64,000 nucleotides of DNA from NCBI GenBank assembly GCA_964304625.1, contig OZ199839.1, positions 4,748,559 to 4,812,558 on the forward strand, written 5' to 3'. The notes beneath the pieces are model-generated. The model was not told the origin of the DNA and ran no database searches. It was given only the letters and a program-made list of their open reading frames with translations. The DNA comes from Kudoa neothunni (lineage: Eukaryota; Animalia; Cnidaria). The position numbers were made by a program, and so were the translations under genes. Positions within the stretch are counted from its first letter, which is position 1. Each line of letters begins with the position of its first letter. Positions 39,252 through 53,379 of the stretch are shown in pieces.

Positions 39252-41147
39252 TCTATATCTATATTCTATACACATAATAAAGTTCTTACGTCTGTCAGTG
39301 TGTGTCAGTTTGTATTTGAATAGATAAACCACTATTGAAAATCGATTATTCACTTAGAAGTATAAATATAGTCAATAACACAGTCCGAAAAAAGGAATTT
39401 TCTGGTTGTCCTCACAAATAGCAGAATTAAAAGCACCTGAATAATATTTTTATTTGTTTACTTCTGATTGATAGCCAAATAAAATGAACTTTTACTCCAA
39501 ATATAGAGAAAGAGTCTCTTAATTATGATATAGAATGTTATAAAAATTTTACATGTTCCTTTTTGGGGTACTTTTGAGACAAATAAAACTATTAACGTCA
39601 CATTTACAAGAGTTGTCGGATTTCCATTAAATTTGAAGCATAAACAAGTTATTTGATAAGCGTTTTTCTCTTTTCGAACGTTATTGATATAGTTAAGCAA
39701 AATACATTATGATCATTTTAAATAAAACATGTAATTTGAGATTACAAGTTTTTGCCACGTTGGAATAATTTGAGACTCTATATGTATCCTAAAAACGATA
39801 TGAAATGTGTGTAGAGCTTTTAAATATTAAAATTTTTGTGGCAACTTAAACGAAAATTATGCTCCATTGGAATTCCTGAGATGTGAACATTCCTTTTTAT
39901 CAAAAATATCGATTGAGATTGGAACTATAGTCGTCTTTTCGATAAGTTTTTATTCATTTTTCGGTTTTCCCAAATTTACTTGAAAAATAGCTGGCATGAA
40001 TAATTCGATAAGTTTCTAAATTTGATGAGACAATTTTCTAACTAATGTTTAAGTTCTTAGTAACCTAATTATTCCTTACCCCCAGACCTTAAGGTTAATA
40101 TTCAAATCAATATACCGTTTTCTTTAAGCTCGCATTAATTCATTGATATAAAAGCTGCATAAAAGTATGCGACACCTCATTCTATACGTAGTTTATGAAT
40201 TTATATTCACGATTACTTTTGCACAAAATACAGTCCCACTCTCAATACGTGCCATGTAGATTAATAAGAAATAATTGGTCCATTCGATCTAACCGATATT
40301 TTCACATAGTTTTCGTTAATCTAAGAATAGTTCAATACAAAGAAATTATTTTTTAGGGCAATCAAACAGTACGTTAATTTTTAAAAGGGTGCATTCCATT
40401 CCTTCAAGAAAACCAGTTGATGTTTAAGCATTACTGTAATTTTTCAAAACCAAAAACACCTTTACGTTTTGGATTTAATCGTATTTTATTAATTAACTGT
40501 GCATATTTTTGAAACCAGTAAGTTATTCTTGATAAAAAGCAAAGTTGGATTTATTTATAAATCAGGAAATTTTTGTTACAATAATGAATACGTAAGTTAC
40601 TGTTCACGGCTTTTCAAAACATCATTGGCATCATTATAAAATTGCGAAAAAAGGAGTAACAATTAATATTTATATTTCGGAGGAATCTTAAGTTGCTTAA
40701 TGATTTTGTTTCATAAATAACTGAACTTTAATCGCTAATTACATTTCTCTTAAAATTAAGTTCATCATAGTTTTGGTCAATAATTTGTAAAATAAAGTTA
40801 AAACTACTCATTAATTTCTTTCCATACCTCTATTTATATTTGGATGGAAAGTGTGCGCATAATTTCGTTTATCTAAATCATCACATTGCAAAAATAATGA
40901 CAAGCTTTAAAATGCATAAATTAAAATAGAAACAAAATTTACAGGGTTTAAAGTGCTGATTAGATTAACTCTTCCGTAAAATTTCTCCATTGAAAAATAA
41001 AAAAGTTAAAATTTTCTATCACACTGTACCAGGCCAAACTGGGCATTAGCGCCATTTACTTAAAAATCAAAAAGGCTTTAGTCTGAGCCAGGTGTTAGCC
41101 TACTTGGCTGGAAAGGAAGCCCTCGCGAAGTGGGGCTTTTGCGTTAG
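39252..41147 (+). mobile_element. Non-autonomous Helitron, right copy (inverted relative to the left copy)
   Basis: 5' end A|TCTATATCTATATTCTATAC...GTGTGTGTCAG. 3' hairpin AAGCCCTCGCGAAGTGGGGCTT then TTAG|T. Confidence 0.85.
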
Positions 41148-42661
41148 TTTTTAATATAACTGATATCTTTTTTTCAAAATTATTAGTAAATTAAGCTGAC
41201 CATAACGTTTGAATGGGAAAAGAGCCACGCTTAATTAGTAATGCGTAATAATTAGATTAGGAGTAAAGCAGGTTTTTAATATGAATCTTCTGCAAAAAAA
41301 AGATTGATTACATTCAGAACTAGCTTGGTATATAGTTTAAATATATATTTGGCAAAAAATCTATAGAAAATTCATTCTTACTGCAGGAAAATTGTTGAAT
41401 ATAATTTTGGTTAGGTTTAACTTGCCAAAATCATTTAAAACAGACTTTAAAGCTTAATTAATGGTTTCCTTTTAAGTCAACAATATATATTGATGATTAG
41501 AAATTCGAATTATCATTCCTTAATATAATTGATTGGAAATAATTTGATTCATAATAAGTGATAAAAAAGCATTTAGACATTATTATTTTTATTTTTTGAA
41601 AATATGAAACATTTTATTACTGTGAGATAATGATAATCATTTCTAAATAAATTTTAATATCTATGCTGCATTTTTAGAATATGATTAATAAAAAAATCCG
41701 ATAATAAACATGAACATTTTTATCAAGAAAAAATCAAATATAATTTCAGATAGCTCGTAAGTTGCGTAGAATGATAAAATAATCTTCTATGCTCATTTAT
41801 ATGGTGTTTTTTTCGTTCTTTTCAAACCTAAATTAACATAATCTTCTTCAAAATGGTTAAATTTGCCTTACATAGTACTATAATTATCAAGTTGTTCCAC
41901 ATTAGGAAAAAGTCTCCACTATAGAAAAATTGATATCTAAAACAACCTTAAATATACTTGTCGTAATCGATCCCTTTTCTTTGTTGTATATTTTCATGTA
42001 TTCAGTTAATTTTTCTTCGTTTTCTATAATTAGTTTGTCTACTGTTATTATTTGTTGTTCTACCTTGATTCCATTTTATATTTAATTAAGAATCACAGGA
42101 AATAATTTACTGCTCTCATTTGAGCTCGATAATGAGTAGCACTTCTATATCTCTGCAAGGTTTCTTCTAATGACATCACCCTTGACAACAATATGTAGAT
42201 TAGTATGCGGTAGGCTCAAACTCCGTTTTATACTCGGAAAGGTGGCTTTATTAACTAGTTTAGTCTGCTTAAATATTTCATTACTCATTTTTAAATAAAA
42301 AAAGTATTGGATCATGTGTCGGTTTGTTTGTAGGTATTTCTGGTTATCTTCACTCAGTTCAAGTTATCAGCTTATTTTATCCAAATTATAAATCTGTTTT
42401 CCTCATTAAATAAAAATTTTAATAAATCTTTTTAACATTGATTCAAACCTGTAAACCTAGGTATATTGAGTTGCTCTCGAGAGATCATACTGTAATCAGT
42501 TAGGATAGAATGTTGAAAGGATTATACTTTGTTAACCTTCCGAATACTATACTGGATTATTCTACTAAATTATGTGTCTTTTTAAGATTAAATTATTTTA
42601 ATTTCAAACAATCAATCGAAGTCATTTTAAAGTTATTTTTATACGATTAAAAATTTATTAA

Positions 42662-44058
42662 CCCTCCCTGTCCGAAGCGGGGTCCATTAGGGACCCCAAT
42701 TTCAGTATTTGTCGCGTTAACACTGAAACTGAACTATTTGACTTTTTAACTGTTCTAGGAATGCCTCTATAAAGTTAAAAAGTAAGTATAGAAACTAAAA
42801 TTTTTTTCTAATTTCAAAAATATGCCTTAGAGATTATATTTATTTCATAATCCGCATGTTTATTCCTATAGAATTTCGAGAAAAATGGTTCATTATATGC
42901 ATATTAATCTATTTTACTTATTTATATAGATAAATTTTTGTTTAATTGATTTTTAAGCCATATATGCATAAGGTTTATATATACTTCGACTTAATAGGAG
43001 ATTAGCGAGAATTCATCCGTACCGCGCTTCTTGGTTGGTAGGCTCTTGTTTCTCTAAAGAATCTCTGTTTACCAACAACAAATTAATCCATGATTCATTA
43101 TTTGCAATATAACTATTAGAATCTTTGTGTATTATCTGGGGATTCCGTAATTTTTATTCGGCGAAATATAAATTGATAGAGTATAAAGTATTTGGCGAAT
43201 AATTATTCTATTGCAAATTTAATAAAATAAACAATAAGACTTATCAATAATTTTTAAAAATAGTCAGAAATAATATCTATTAATATTTGTATTGAGTATT
43301 TAACAATAGTTAAAGCACCGTGTGTTTATTGATTATTGATTATCGATATGTATGTGCTACGAATTATTCGTATAGAAGCATTAAATGTATGTTCCAGCAG
43401 TTTTGCAAGTATGGATACCAAAATATTTAAACGGCTTAGGTTTCCTTAAATTAAATTCTTTTAATCTAATCATATTAACTCTTAAATATGCAAATAAATA
43501 AAAAAAAGTTCGTAAAAACGTAAGGGGATGTAGCATTTAAAAATGCAAATACATTAATAAGCAGTGTACCTTTATAATTTTTTTATTTTAATTATGAAGG
43601 AATTAAAACGATGCGAGTTTTTCAAACACTGCTTTCTATGAAATCACAGAGCAAACTGCATGCGCCGCTACATTTACTACTTCCGAAACGGTCCGATAAT
43701 TTCTACAGACGGCGCTTAGCTGGGCCTGTGTTTGATCATCATCTATTAATTTTTTATAGCACCTAGTCGAATAAATTAGGTATTTATTTCTTTTAGACAT
43801 CTTCGAAGCCATTAGTGCTGAAAATGTATGCGCTGATTTCATCACATTGGTCGGACACAATAAGTTCATCTTGGTCTCATATCTGCATTTTGAGCTACCG
43901 GAGAGAGCTATGTTTCATTTTTTGTACTTATAAATGTCTATAAATAACATATTGTTAGTTTCGTAATAATTGATGGCGTTTAAGGCCGATTTAAAAGGGA
44001 TCCCAAATGGACCCCATCGGCACACGCGTAATTTTTTCGAACGCTGTACAGGGGAGGG
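42662..44058. mobile_element. Non-autonomous piggyBac (MITE-like, 1.4 kb)
   Basis: TTAA on both sides, TIRs CCCTCCCTGT / CCCTCCCCTGT, and subterminal inverted repeats GGGGTCCATTAGGGACCCC / GGGATCCCAAATGGACCCC. Confidence 0.88.
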
Positions 44059-44652
44059 TTAATATTTCCCTTAAAAAAATAAATGAGTTACAAAAAAGCT
44101 CCATTTGGAATTTTGATTAAGAAAATTACGACGTTTAAAGAATTCATATAATCTATTAAACATAGATCGTTCCAGAATAATGAATTTAGTATCAACAAAT
44201 TATTTGTACATCATAAACTATAATGATGATATTTTGAATAAATGATAGAAATCTAAATAAAATATTTAGTTTTAAAAAATTAAATTAACTGAATTTTTCG
44301 AGATAAATAAAAACATTCATATAATAAAATAATCACTTGAGATTGATTATGACATCACTTAATTTTGTTAACTTGAGTTTTAGAAATTTATCGTTAAAAA
44401 CGAAATTATTAAATGGATATTTTTATACAACTTCGTGATTTAAAAAAAAGTATTGGATTAACAGCCAATTGTTTATTTGAAAAAATTCTTTTAAAGTATA
44501 TAAAAGGAAATTTATATTAATTTTTGTTGATTATAATTGTAAATTTCTGTATATAATTTATTTTGCAAAATATCGATGTTTCAGAAATTAAGCTTTTATG
44601 AATGGATCGTACATAGTTTAGTTACTATCTACTATATATACAAGGGCTGAAG

Positions 44653-47600
44653 CAGGGTTGCCAGAATTGGTATGTTCGTACCAAAATGGTACTTTTTCAC
44701 CTTCAATACATGATTTTTAATCCCCTTGACGATATCCAGTTTCCGATTAGGTATTAGTAATGAATGCAACGTAGCATTAATGGCTTATTTAAAAATTTAT
44801 ACTTTTTGCGTTTCTTTATTATTATTTCAGCGTATAGATATAACATTATACAAAGATATGCAAAGTATGTCTTGGGTCTGAAGTTGATATTATTTTAAAT
44901 ATCCAATCTATCCCTTTAATATTTTGTCTCCTAAAGAAAACAAAACAAACAATTAGCCCTTAACGGCTAACCATTGGATTCGCGCGCCCACCTGATTATT
45001 ATTTTGTTGTAAAACCTGTTATAATTTGTGTAATTTTGCCAAACCATTAGCTTATTTTATTATGTCGATCGGTAGATAATACTTTTTTAAAAATGTAGAT
45101 GAAATTCTGACGAATATACACAAAATATAACATGCATAACAACAAAATTTATAAACAAAATAATAAAAAGATGGGCGCATGGAACTGAAGGTTATCCTTT
45201 AACAAAATTTTATAAAATTAAGCTTATTGTTTTCTACACATGTATGTTAAATGAGTTTCTGCCTACGATAATGTTATCTATTTATTGTTTTAAATGAAAC
45301 TTTCTTTGATTTCATGGTCAAATCAGTTCCATGTAATCCCAGTGTATCTTTAACCTTATACGTGGGCAATTAGCTCGTTTACTTCACAAAATTAATTGTT
45401 ATGCGTTGCCTACAAGTTTCATACTTTAGGGTTTTAAAATGTTTTTAAAAACGAAAAAAAAATCTGGCTCGAAAGAGTTATCAAATTTACTTGTCGCTAC
45501 AAGGATTTCTTAAAACGTTAAGTTTATAGATTTCTAACCAGAGGAATTGTTAATAAATTAAATTTTTTAAAATTAAAGCAATCACTGACACCGGAAAATA
45601 TTTAAGTTATATGAAAATGAAGTTGAAGAGGAAAACAATATCCGGAATGCGATTAGGATAAAATTTTATACACAAACACTTATTTTAACATACAAATTCA
45701 TTTTTAATAGCGCACGCTTTGGTAATTTACTACGTAGTTTTTGCATTCAACAAGTCGAATTAATTTCTATAACTTTTATTGCGTTATACATAATGTAATA
45801 TTTGTTGGGTTCGTAATTCTTGATAGTCTTTAATCAAAACGATAGCGACTGCGGAAACTAAAGTGATATAAGTAGCACACCAAACAAGAAAATATATAAA
45901 GGTTATAAACGCAAGGCAAGAAGAGAATGGTTGGAAGATCGAAGGTTTATCCAGTGGATTGATATGAGCATGGATAACAAGGAGAAAGTGCTCTGCACAG
46001 TGTGTAAATGCGAAGTTTCGGGGAGTATTTCACAAATCGGAAGACATGCAACAACCGAAAAGCATTCAAGATATATGAGACAATACACAAACAATATGAA
46101 AATAGATAGTTATACAGAATTAAACAGTTCCGTTGTATATTCTCGAAAAATAGCTAAAGCAGAATTGAAATTATGTGCCTTTGTTGTGGAAAACAATTTG
46201 CCGTTGTCAATCTTGTATCATTCGCCTGGTTTAATTACCAATGCTGGTGAAGATTCTACTATTTACAATGATATTAAATGTGCTCGAACGAAAAGCAAAT
46301 GTGTTTTTCGTAATGTTATTGGGAAATATTACTTAAAAAGCTTAATTACAAACAACCAAATTTTAATTAATAATAGATGAAACCACAGATATGTCCACAA
46401 CTAAACACCTAGTTTTAGTAGCTCGATATTATAATGTCGATGTTAAGAAGACAATGGACAAATATTTGGTCATGTTGGAAATAACGAATTGTACTGGTAA
46501 AGGAATTTTTGGATCATTGACAAATTTTTTTAAAACTAATATCTCCATTCACAATCTTATCGGATTTGCCAGTGACAATGCAAATGTTATAATGGGTAAC
46601 AAAAGTGGTCTCCAGAGTTTACTGAAACAAATAATTTCTTCGCTTTATGTGCAAGGTTGCGTTTGTCACTCAGTAAATTTATGTGTTTCTAAAGCTTGCC
46701 ATCAACTTCCAAATGAGTTGGAAGATTTAGCTAGAAGTATTTACACATATATTTCGAATAGCCCAAAACATTTGAGTGAATACAAGGCATTTCAAAAGAT
46801 GATGGATATTTGTCCTAGAAAGATATTACGCTTTTGTGACACAAGATGGTTGTCACTTGAACAAGTCGTTGCTAGAATACTCGATCAATGGAATTCACTT
46901 AAAATGTTTTTCGCTACTGCAGTATCAGGAAATGGCTTTGAATCGGCAAAATTAATAAATCATAAACTCAATAAACCAATAAATCGTATGTGTTTTGAAT
47001 TCTTAAGCTTTATACTCCCAATAATGAACAAACTTAATCTTGAATTCCGATCAGAAGCCTTTCGAATACACAAGATAAAAAATTCAATTAGTGTTACAGT
47101 AAAAGTCATTCTCAGTTTATTTATGAAAAGAGAAATCATTAAAAATGTGGATATTTGGAATGTTAATATTAATAACCCTTCAAATTATCTTCCATTAGAT
47201 AGTGTTTGTCGCGGATCCAATAAGACTTGCATGTATACAATGAATTCTTCCATAATAAATTCACAAGAATATCTCCAATATAAAATAAATACATTTAATT
47301 TAAATATTTCCTTAACAAATAAAATAATTGATCGATTTCTATATAATAATTCATTTAAAGAACTTGAATTGTTTCAGGCAATGGATCCAAGTAGCGTAAA
47401 TGAAGATAAGCCAGAGTCTATTATATCCCTTGCCCTTGCCAGGGTTGCCAGCGGTATTTTAGAAAAAACCCAAATTTAAGTAAAAAAACCCAAGGTCGAG
47501 AAAAACGCTAGTCTAAAATACAACAAAAAATAGAATCATATCTATTAAAGTTCTTAATCATCTTCCGAGTCTTCAAATACGTCTGCAGATATTAAATTTA

Positions 47601-48553
47601 AATTTATCGTCGTATTATTGCAATTTATTGGCGAGAACGCTCATTCAAACTTAATGTCTAGTATAGATCAATATGTTCACAATGAATTCATTAATTCATA
47701 GTTCAAGATATATTTTTAAATAATGTTAAATTTTCTAATAATGTGCGACAATGTTAATTGAACAATCGTGCCACGTTAAACAATCTATTGTGCTGTCGTT
47801 CAATATCGTAATGTTTAAACCCTGCACGATATAATCTGAGTAGGATACGTTATTAAAAATATAAATATTAATGTCACACTTAATGAAATTTGTGTTATTA
47901 TTCAATGTTTACAGGTGTTCAATAAAAACCCAAGATTTTAAAGAAAAATGAAAAAAACCAAGAACCCAAGGTGACCACAAAAAACCCAAGCAGTGGACGC
48001 CTGCCCTTGCAGCAAGATTCCCCAATCTTATATCGGATGAAGACTACACCAATGCGGATATTGAATGGAGACAATTAACTTACGAAGACTCAAATCTCTT
48101 TTCGATAAGTGCCCGAAAAATTTTGGTACGATGTATCAGAAAAAAGAATTGGCGATGTTCCTAAATATCCATTAATTTCAAAACTAATGATAAGCTTGCT
48201 CTCATTACCTCATTCTCCTGCTTGTTCCGAAAGAATATTTACCCAATTGAACATAATCAAAACGAAAAATAGATCATTATTGAATACCGAGACATTAAAC
48301 AGCTTGATTTCTTCGAAAATTTTATTTTTAATACAGATTGTACAAAATGGAACCCAGCTGAAAATTTAGTAACAGCGTTCATAGAGAGAAACCTTTATGA
48401 AGATAACTGTAATGACACAATTTCATTTTAGATAAATTAAAAAACATTTTAAATAACTACGTTTTTCCCCTTAATCTCCTTTTTGCGATGATTAACTGTT
48501 GGTACGTTATACTTGATTATGGTGCTTTTTTCGCTAATCTTCTGACAACCCTG
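44653..48553 (+). mobile_element. hAT Tip100-type transposon with degenerate ZNF862-like transposase (~45870-48400)
   Basis: TIRs CAGGGTTGCCAG / CTGACAACCCTG. BED-like CTVCKC...RHATTEKH, IDETTD, FASDNANVIMG, CVCHSVNL, TRWLSL and LPHSPACSERIF. It has frameshifts and no preserved TSD. Confidence 0.9.
47440..48003. mobile_element. hAT MITE (564 bp) nested in the Tip100-type transposase
   Basis: Starts CAGGGTTGCCAG and ends in degenerate TGGACGCCTG, flanked by CCCTTGC on both sides, with AAAAACCCAA subterminal repeats. Removing it restores the frame ISLALAARFPNL. Confidence 0.85.
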
Positions 48554-49210
48554 GTGCAAATAGACACGTTCAGTTTATAAGGCTGAAAATTGCACTTGCA
48601 TGTACGTGTTTTCAAAATCTAGTAACGCTAAGACAGCATTTCTCTTCCATAAACAACTTTTTGATATATTATGAATTTATAAACGTTAATTTTACGCAAT
48701 TTTATTAACCGATTTGATGTTTTACCCATGCTTGCATTGTACCTATGATTATCATATGTGAATGAGGTAAGATCTAATACGCGCTTAAAACCAAATAACG
48801 TATTATCAAATTTGGAAAAAACTGATACACGAGATTCAATTTACAATAAAAAGAATCTAAAAGTAACTAAATAATAGAAAAACATATGAGCATGTAATAC
48901 TAACACATAGATTCGGTTGGACGCAATAAGAACCATATCCCTACTTTCCATTATATTCGCGGCGTTTACAAAAATCTCATTTATTACTATATTTGAAAAG
49001 GGATAAAATCCATGTAATTTGTATAATTTTTTAGATATCCTAAAATTTTAAACTATAATTATTTGTAATAGAAGTGTATCAAAATTTATCAGTTTGTTGT
49101 AGGAATAATTTTTTTATTCATTTACTTAATTTTTTCGAATAATAATTAGCTCAAAATTCCCTTATTAATTGTAATTCGTAGAATCCACGTGTTTGTAGAA
49201 TTAAACAAAC

Positions 49211-52200
49211 ATGCCCTCCCGAGAGCGTACAGTTGTTGATGAAAATCGTAATTTTAATGATGATTGGACTCAAAAATATTTCTTCACCTATTCAATGAAT
49301 AAAGCGGTGTGTTTTCTTTGTTTCGAATCAGTCGCCGTATTAACCGTCGAAGGACCTTAAGTCGAAAAATTCAGTATGTGCCCATGGGGGTCATTTTTGA
49401 CCCACAATTATTTTCTTATTTTATTGTGCAATTGACCCCAAAAGTTATTCTTGTAATTATTACTCACCACACAGCTATATTAACCGATTAGAAGTTCGCT
49501 TTAAAGGGAATAAAGCTGAGAAAAATGTAATTAATTCTTCGATTAAATATTATAAGCATCTACGTTAAAAAGCTTGTTATTCTAGGTTTCAAATATATGT
49601 TTTATTGTATCTACATTGTTGAAAGTTTCTGGAGATAAAATAATGTGGTTCGATCAAATATAGAAAAGAAATGAACACAAGCGACCTTACAAGGCATCAG
49701 ACATGATTTTCGGGGAAAGTAGTTAATCACAAAATTGAAAGTAAGGTTAAGTACGGATCATGGTTGTAAATGTTTGAGTATGTCTATACATCCAAAATAA
49801 ATAAATAAAATATGAAAATTTAAAATAGATTTATTTAAGAATAAATCACATTAATTCCAGAGTTTCCTAAAGAGAAAGCAAGTTTTTTTCAAAGATAACA
49901 TCACTCAGTTTCTAAACTACATGGTTAGCGTTAAAAAAAGTTTTTTTTAAATCTGTGCGACGAGAAAATAGGTCCCTTGTAGACATTGCACCGTATATTA
50001 GTTTTTTGACTAATATTTCGTCAACAAAATGAACATCGTGATTTTTTCCGTGAATCAATAAATTCTGTGAATTAAGCGTTTCGCCAATATCAATACATTT
50101 ATCAAATAGTTCTAAACTATATTTTAAATGCAAATGATAATGACCCTTGAAAGTCTGGCGCAAATATTTACCAATAAGTTAGGATGCTCCCCCGAAGTTG
50201 ATACACGTAGACTGCAATTTAGCCCCAAATTATTATCGTTATCATAAGGCATTCCTAAATATAAATTTATTCTTAAATTAATAATCTAAAATGAAATGAT
50301 ATACTTTGTTTATCCCTACCGTTTAAAATACATGTAGCCGATAAATCTTAATTTAATCTTATGACGTCATCGTAATCCTTCGATAGGAAAAAGGAAAACA
50401 TACAATTTGTACCTTTATTGAACGTTCAATATATATTAATTGCGATAATTTGTCGTTGTTTATTTTTATCTATTAATAATTTTAATATGAAGTTATAGCG
50501 TGAAGTATGTTGACGTATGGAGAACACGTGTTCAATTATACAAGTTTTTTTTCTGGGACAGATTCTAATATTTTTCAAAAATTTGTGCTTATTTAGTATA
50601 TTAATATATTTTCTAAGATTGTGTGAATTTTATACTGAAGCCTATGAGGCCTTCATTCATAAAAATATGATTTATCGAAAATGGGGTCACGATAGACCCC
50701 CTTGGTCCCGGGAGGGTTAAAGGAATATAACTTGAAACGGCATCACGAAACGGAACCTGGGGAATTCAGTGAAAAAATCAACAATAACAACAAGGAACAG
50801 ACTTAAAATACCTTGAAAGTTACCAAAAGCAACTCAGTTCATTCAAAACGAAGTTTCTAACCCAAGAAAACGAATCTGGAGCAAGGTTTATGATATCACA
50901 ACATTTCTCGGTGAAACAAACCATTTTTAGGTGGCGAATTTGTGAAAGAATGTATAATGGATTGTGTTAGCGTTGAATGTCCGGAATTGAAAAATAAGTT
51001 TGAAAATATTCCATTATCAAGAAGTACAGTTGTGCGTCGTATAGAAATGATAAGTGAAAATTTAAGCCAACAATGAAAAGATATAAGAAAAGATTTTGTG
51101 TGTTATTCATTAGCTTTAGATGAAAGCACAGATATTAGAGACACTGTACAATTGTTTATTTTTATACGTGGAATAGACCCTAATTTTTATATCACTGAAG
51201 AGTTACTTTCTATGGAACCGATGGAAGGTACAACAACTGGACAGGATTTGTTTGAATGTGTGGTTAAAGCAATTGAAAACAATGAATTACCTTGGAGTAA
51301 ATTAACAAGCGTAACAACTGATGGCGCTGGCTCTTTATTGGGAAAAAATTTGGGAATGATTTAACTATTGGATGAAAAGTTTAAAAAGGAGATTCCCAAC
51401 CATGCTTTTCTGTCATTTCACTTTTTTACATCAAGAAAGTGGAAATCTGCATTAAGTTTAAACCACATTATAATTCCAGTTGTGAACGCAACAAACATCA
51501 TTTGTTCAAGAGCTCTGAATCACCATCAGTTCAGATCGTTGTTAAATGATCTTGATTCTGAGTACGGAGAGGTTATCTTCCATAACAATATATGAAGGTT
51601 AAGTTTAGGAAAAGTTTTGAAAAGAATTTGTTATCTGAGAGACGAAATTAAAGATTTGAATTGTGAGTTTATCCATAATATAGACTGTGATGAATGGAGG
51701 TTTGAGCTTATGTTTGCAGTTGACATCTTTGAAAAACTCAATGAATCAAACCTAAAGTTGTAAAGTAAATAATTTATGATTTATGAAATGCTCAACCACA
51801 TTAAATCTTTTGAAGCGGAATTACCCCTTTTTATAAATCAAATAAATGAGGGGAAATTTACTCACTTTCCATCGCTTGAAAAAGAAAAAGTGCCTCCGGC
51901 TATTGGTTTTAAAATAAAAAGCCATATGAAACCTTTATTAGATGAGTTCAATATAAGATTAAAAGATTTTCGACAGGTTGAACCAAAATTTCAGATACTC
52001 ACATCATTATTCTCTATTGATGCCAACACGGCTCCCGACGAGCTTCAGCTTGAACTGATAGATGTTCAACTTGATAATTTATTAAAAGAATTGTTTTTTG
52101 TTGTTCCATTAGTATAATTTTACAATTCGTTACCTGCTAAGAGTTTTTGATGTCTTCGAAATTTCGCTTCAGAAATATTTTCTATGTTAGGGTCAACCTA

Positions 52201-53159
52201 TATTTGTGAGCAAAGTTTCTTCTGTTGGAAAATTAATAAAAACAAGAATAAGTCCTTTCTGTCAGACAAAAACCCAGGAGTCGTACTGAGGATATCTTCA
52301 AGAAACTTAAAACTAAACCTTAAGCTATTAGTCCATTAAAATATTTAGTAATTTTTTTTCTTTATATTCTCGTTCTATTTAGCGTCTGAAATGCAACACC
52401 AATCACTTCAGAGTTGAAGCTTCATGACAAATATAAGTTTTATTAATTGATATAATTAAGGGAAATTAAAAGAAATAATAAAAAGTAGGAAGTAATAAGT
52501 TATGATAACTTTTTCTGGTGGAATTCTTATTCTGAAAAATATATATACAAAACCTTAAAAGATGAATGTTACATTGATACTTACCAAAAATTACTATTTT
52601 TTTAATTTCATGTTATTTAATCAAAATTTGGAGTTGTAATATTCCGTAATAAATTTTAAGAAAATTATCTCTGTAAGTTTATTATATTTGTCACAAAAAA
52701 TTTAATGTAATCTAAAATATTATAGATCTAATTAATTTTGTTTTGTTTGATTATATTTAAATATATAATTTGAGTCTCATTTTAAAGTAGATGTCATATT
52801 GAATTGTATGTTTAAAATAATTGTATCAAAGTTATTTTTTTAAATATTTCATGTGTACTTTATGAAAAGTATTAACTTTACATAACTTTAGTTATAATTA
52901 AAATTTATTAAATATAAAACCTATTATTTCGATCGTAACCTGCAATAGTATGACGATCACAAAATTTCTATATTTTAAAAAATTATTTAATTCTTTTTTA
53001 AATTAATTTATAAACTAACTTGTTTATTGTACCAAAAATGTTAGAAAAGCCACCAATAGGTATTTAAGTTCTCAGAAAATACTTAATCAACAATGGACTC
53101 TCCAAGCTTTTGTAATGAGCCAATATGGCTCGCAGACCAAAAAGTTGTGCCCACCACTG
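49211..53159 (+). mobile_element. hAT SPIN/GTF2IRD2-type transposon, degenerate, interrupted by a piggyBac MITE
   Basis: RTVVDENRNFNDDWTQKYFF...VCFLCFESVAVL|KEYNLKRHHET, SLALDESTDIRD, VTTDGA, LQLELID and GSTYICEQSFS. A 3' TIR-like GTTGTGCCCACCACTG ends at 53159; the 5' TIR was not found. Confidence 0.9.
49344..50716. mobile_element. Non-autonomous piggyBac inserted in the hAT BED finger
   Basis: TTAA on both sides, degenerate TIRs CCGTCGAAGGACC / CCCTCCCGGGACC and subterminal GGGGTCA..GACCC. The host reading frame rejoins across the TTAA. Confidence 0.85.
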
Positions 53160-53310
53160 CATTTACTTCAATATGGGCGTAGCGATTAATTATCCTTTTT
53201 TTGCGCCAAAAAACCAAAAGTTCAAATTTTGATCGATCACAATCGGCAAATTCCGATTGTTAGAGATGTAAATAATTTTGTTTACTAGTAAATGTTTATT
53301 TATTCGTGAT

Positions 53311-53379
53311 ATGAGCCACGACAATGAGTTCGTTGAAGACAAATATCAAACAGTGTCGGCACACTTGGCCAATTTAGAG
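53311..53379 (+). CDS. Possible first exon of a small coiled-coil protein (bublin/C9orf16-like pattern); rest of the gene unresolved
   Basis: MSHDNEFVEDKYQTVSAHLANLE followed by a strong GAG|GTAAG donor, preceded by an AATCG-rich cluster. No clean second exon found. Confidence 0.3.

Larger units (their letters stand above)
32938..41147. repeat. Long inverted repeat: arms 32938-34017 and 40064-41147 near-identical, extended by diverged inner arms 34018-34600 and 39252-39792
   Basis: Direct reverse-complement comparison by eye. Confidence 0.95.

Noticed and set aside
32938-41147. A single large-TIR element (Polinton/Maverick or foldback) spanning 8.2 kb
   Set aside because: Each arm has its own Helitron 5' TC and 3' hairpin-CTAG/TTAG ends, there is no TSD, and the interior has no integrase, polB or capsid ORFs.
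44627-44652. Helitron-like 5' end (A|TCTACTATATATA) just before the Tip100-type hAT
   Set aside because: No matching 3' hairpin-CTRR end could be confidently located.
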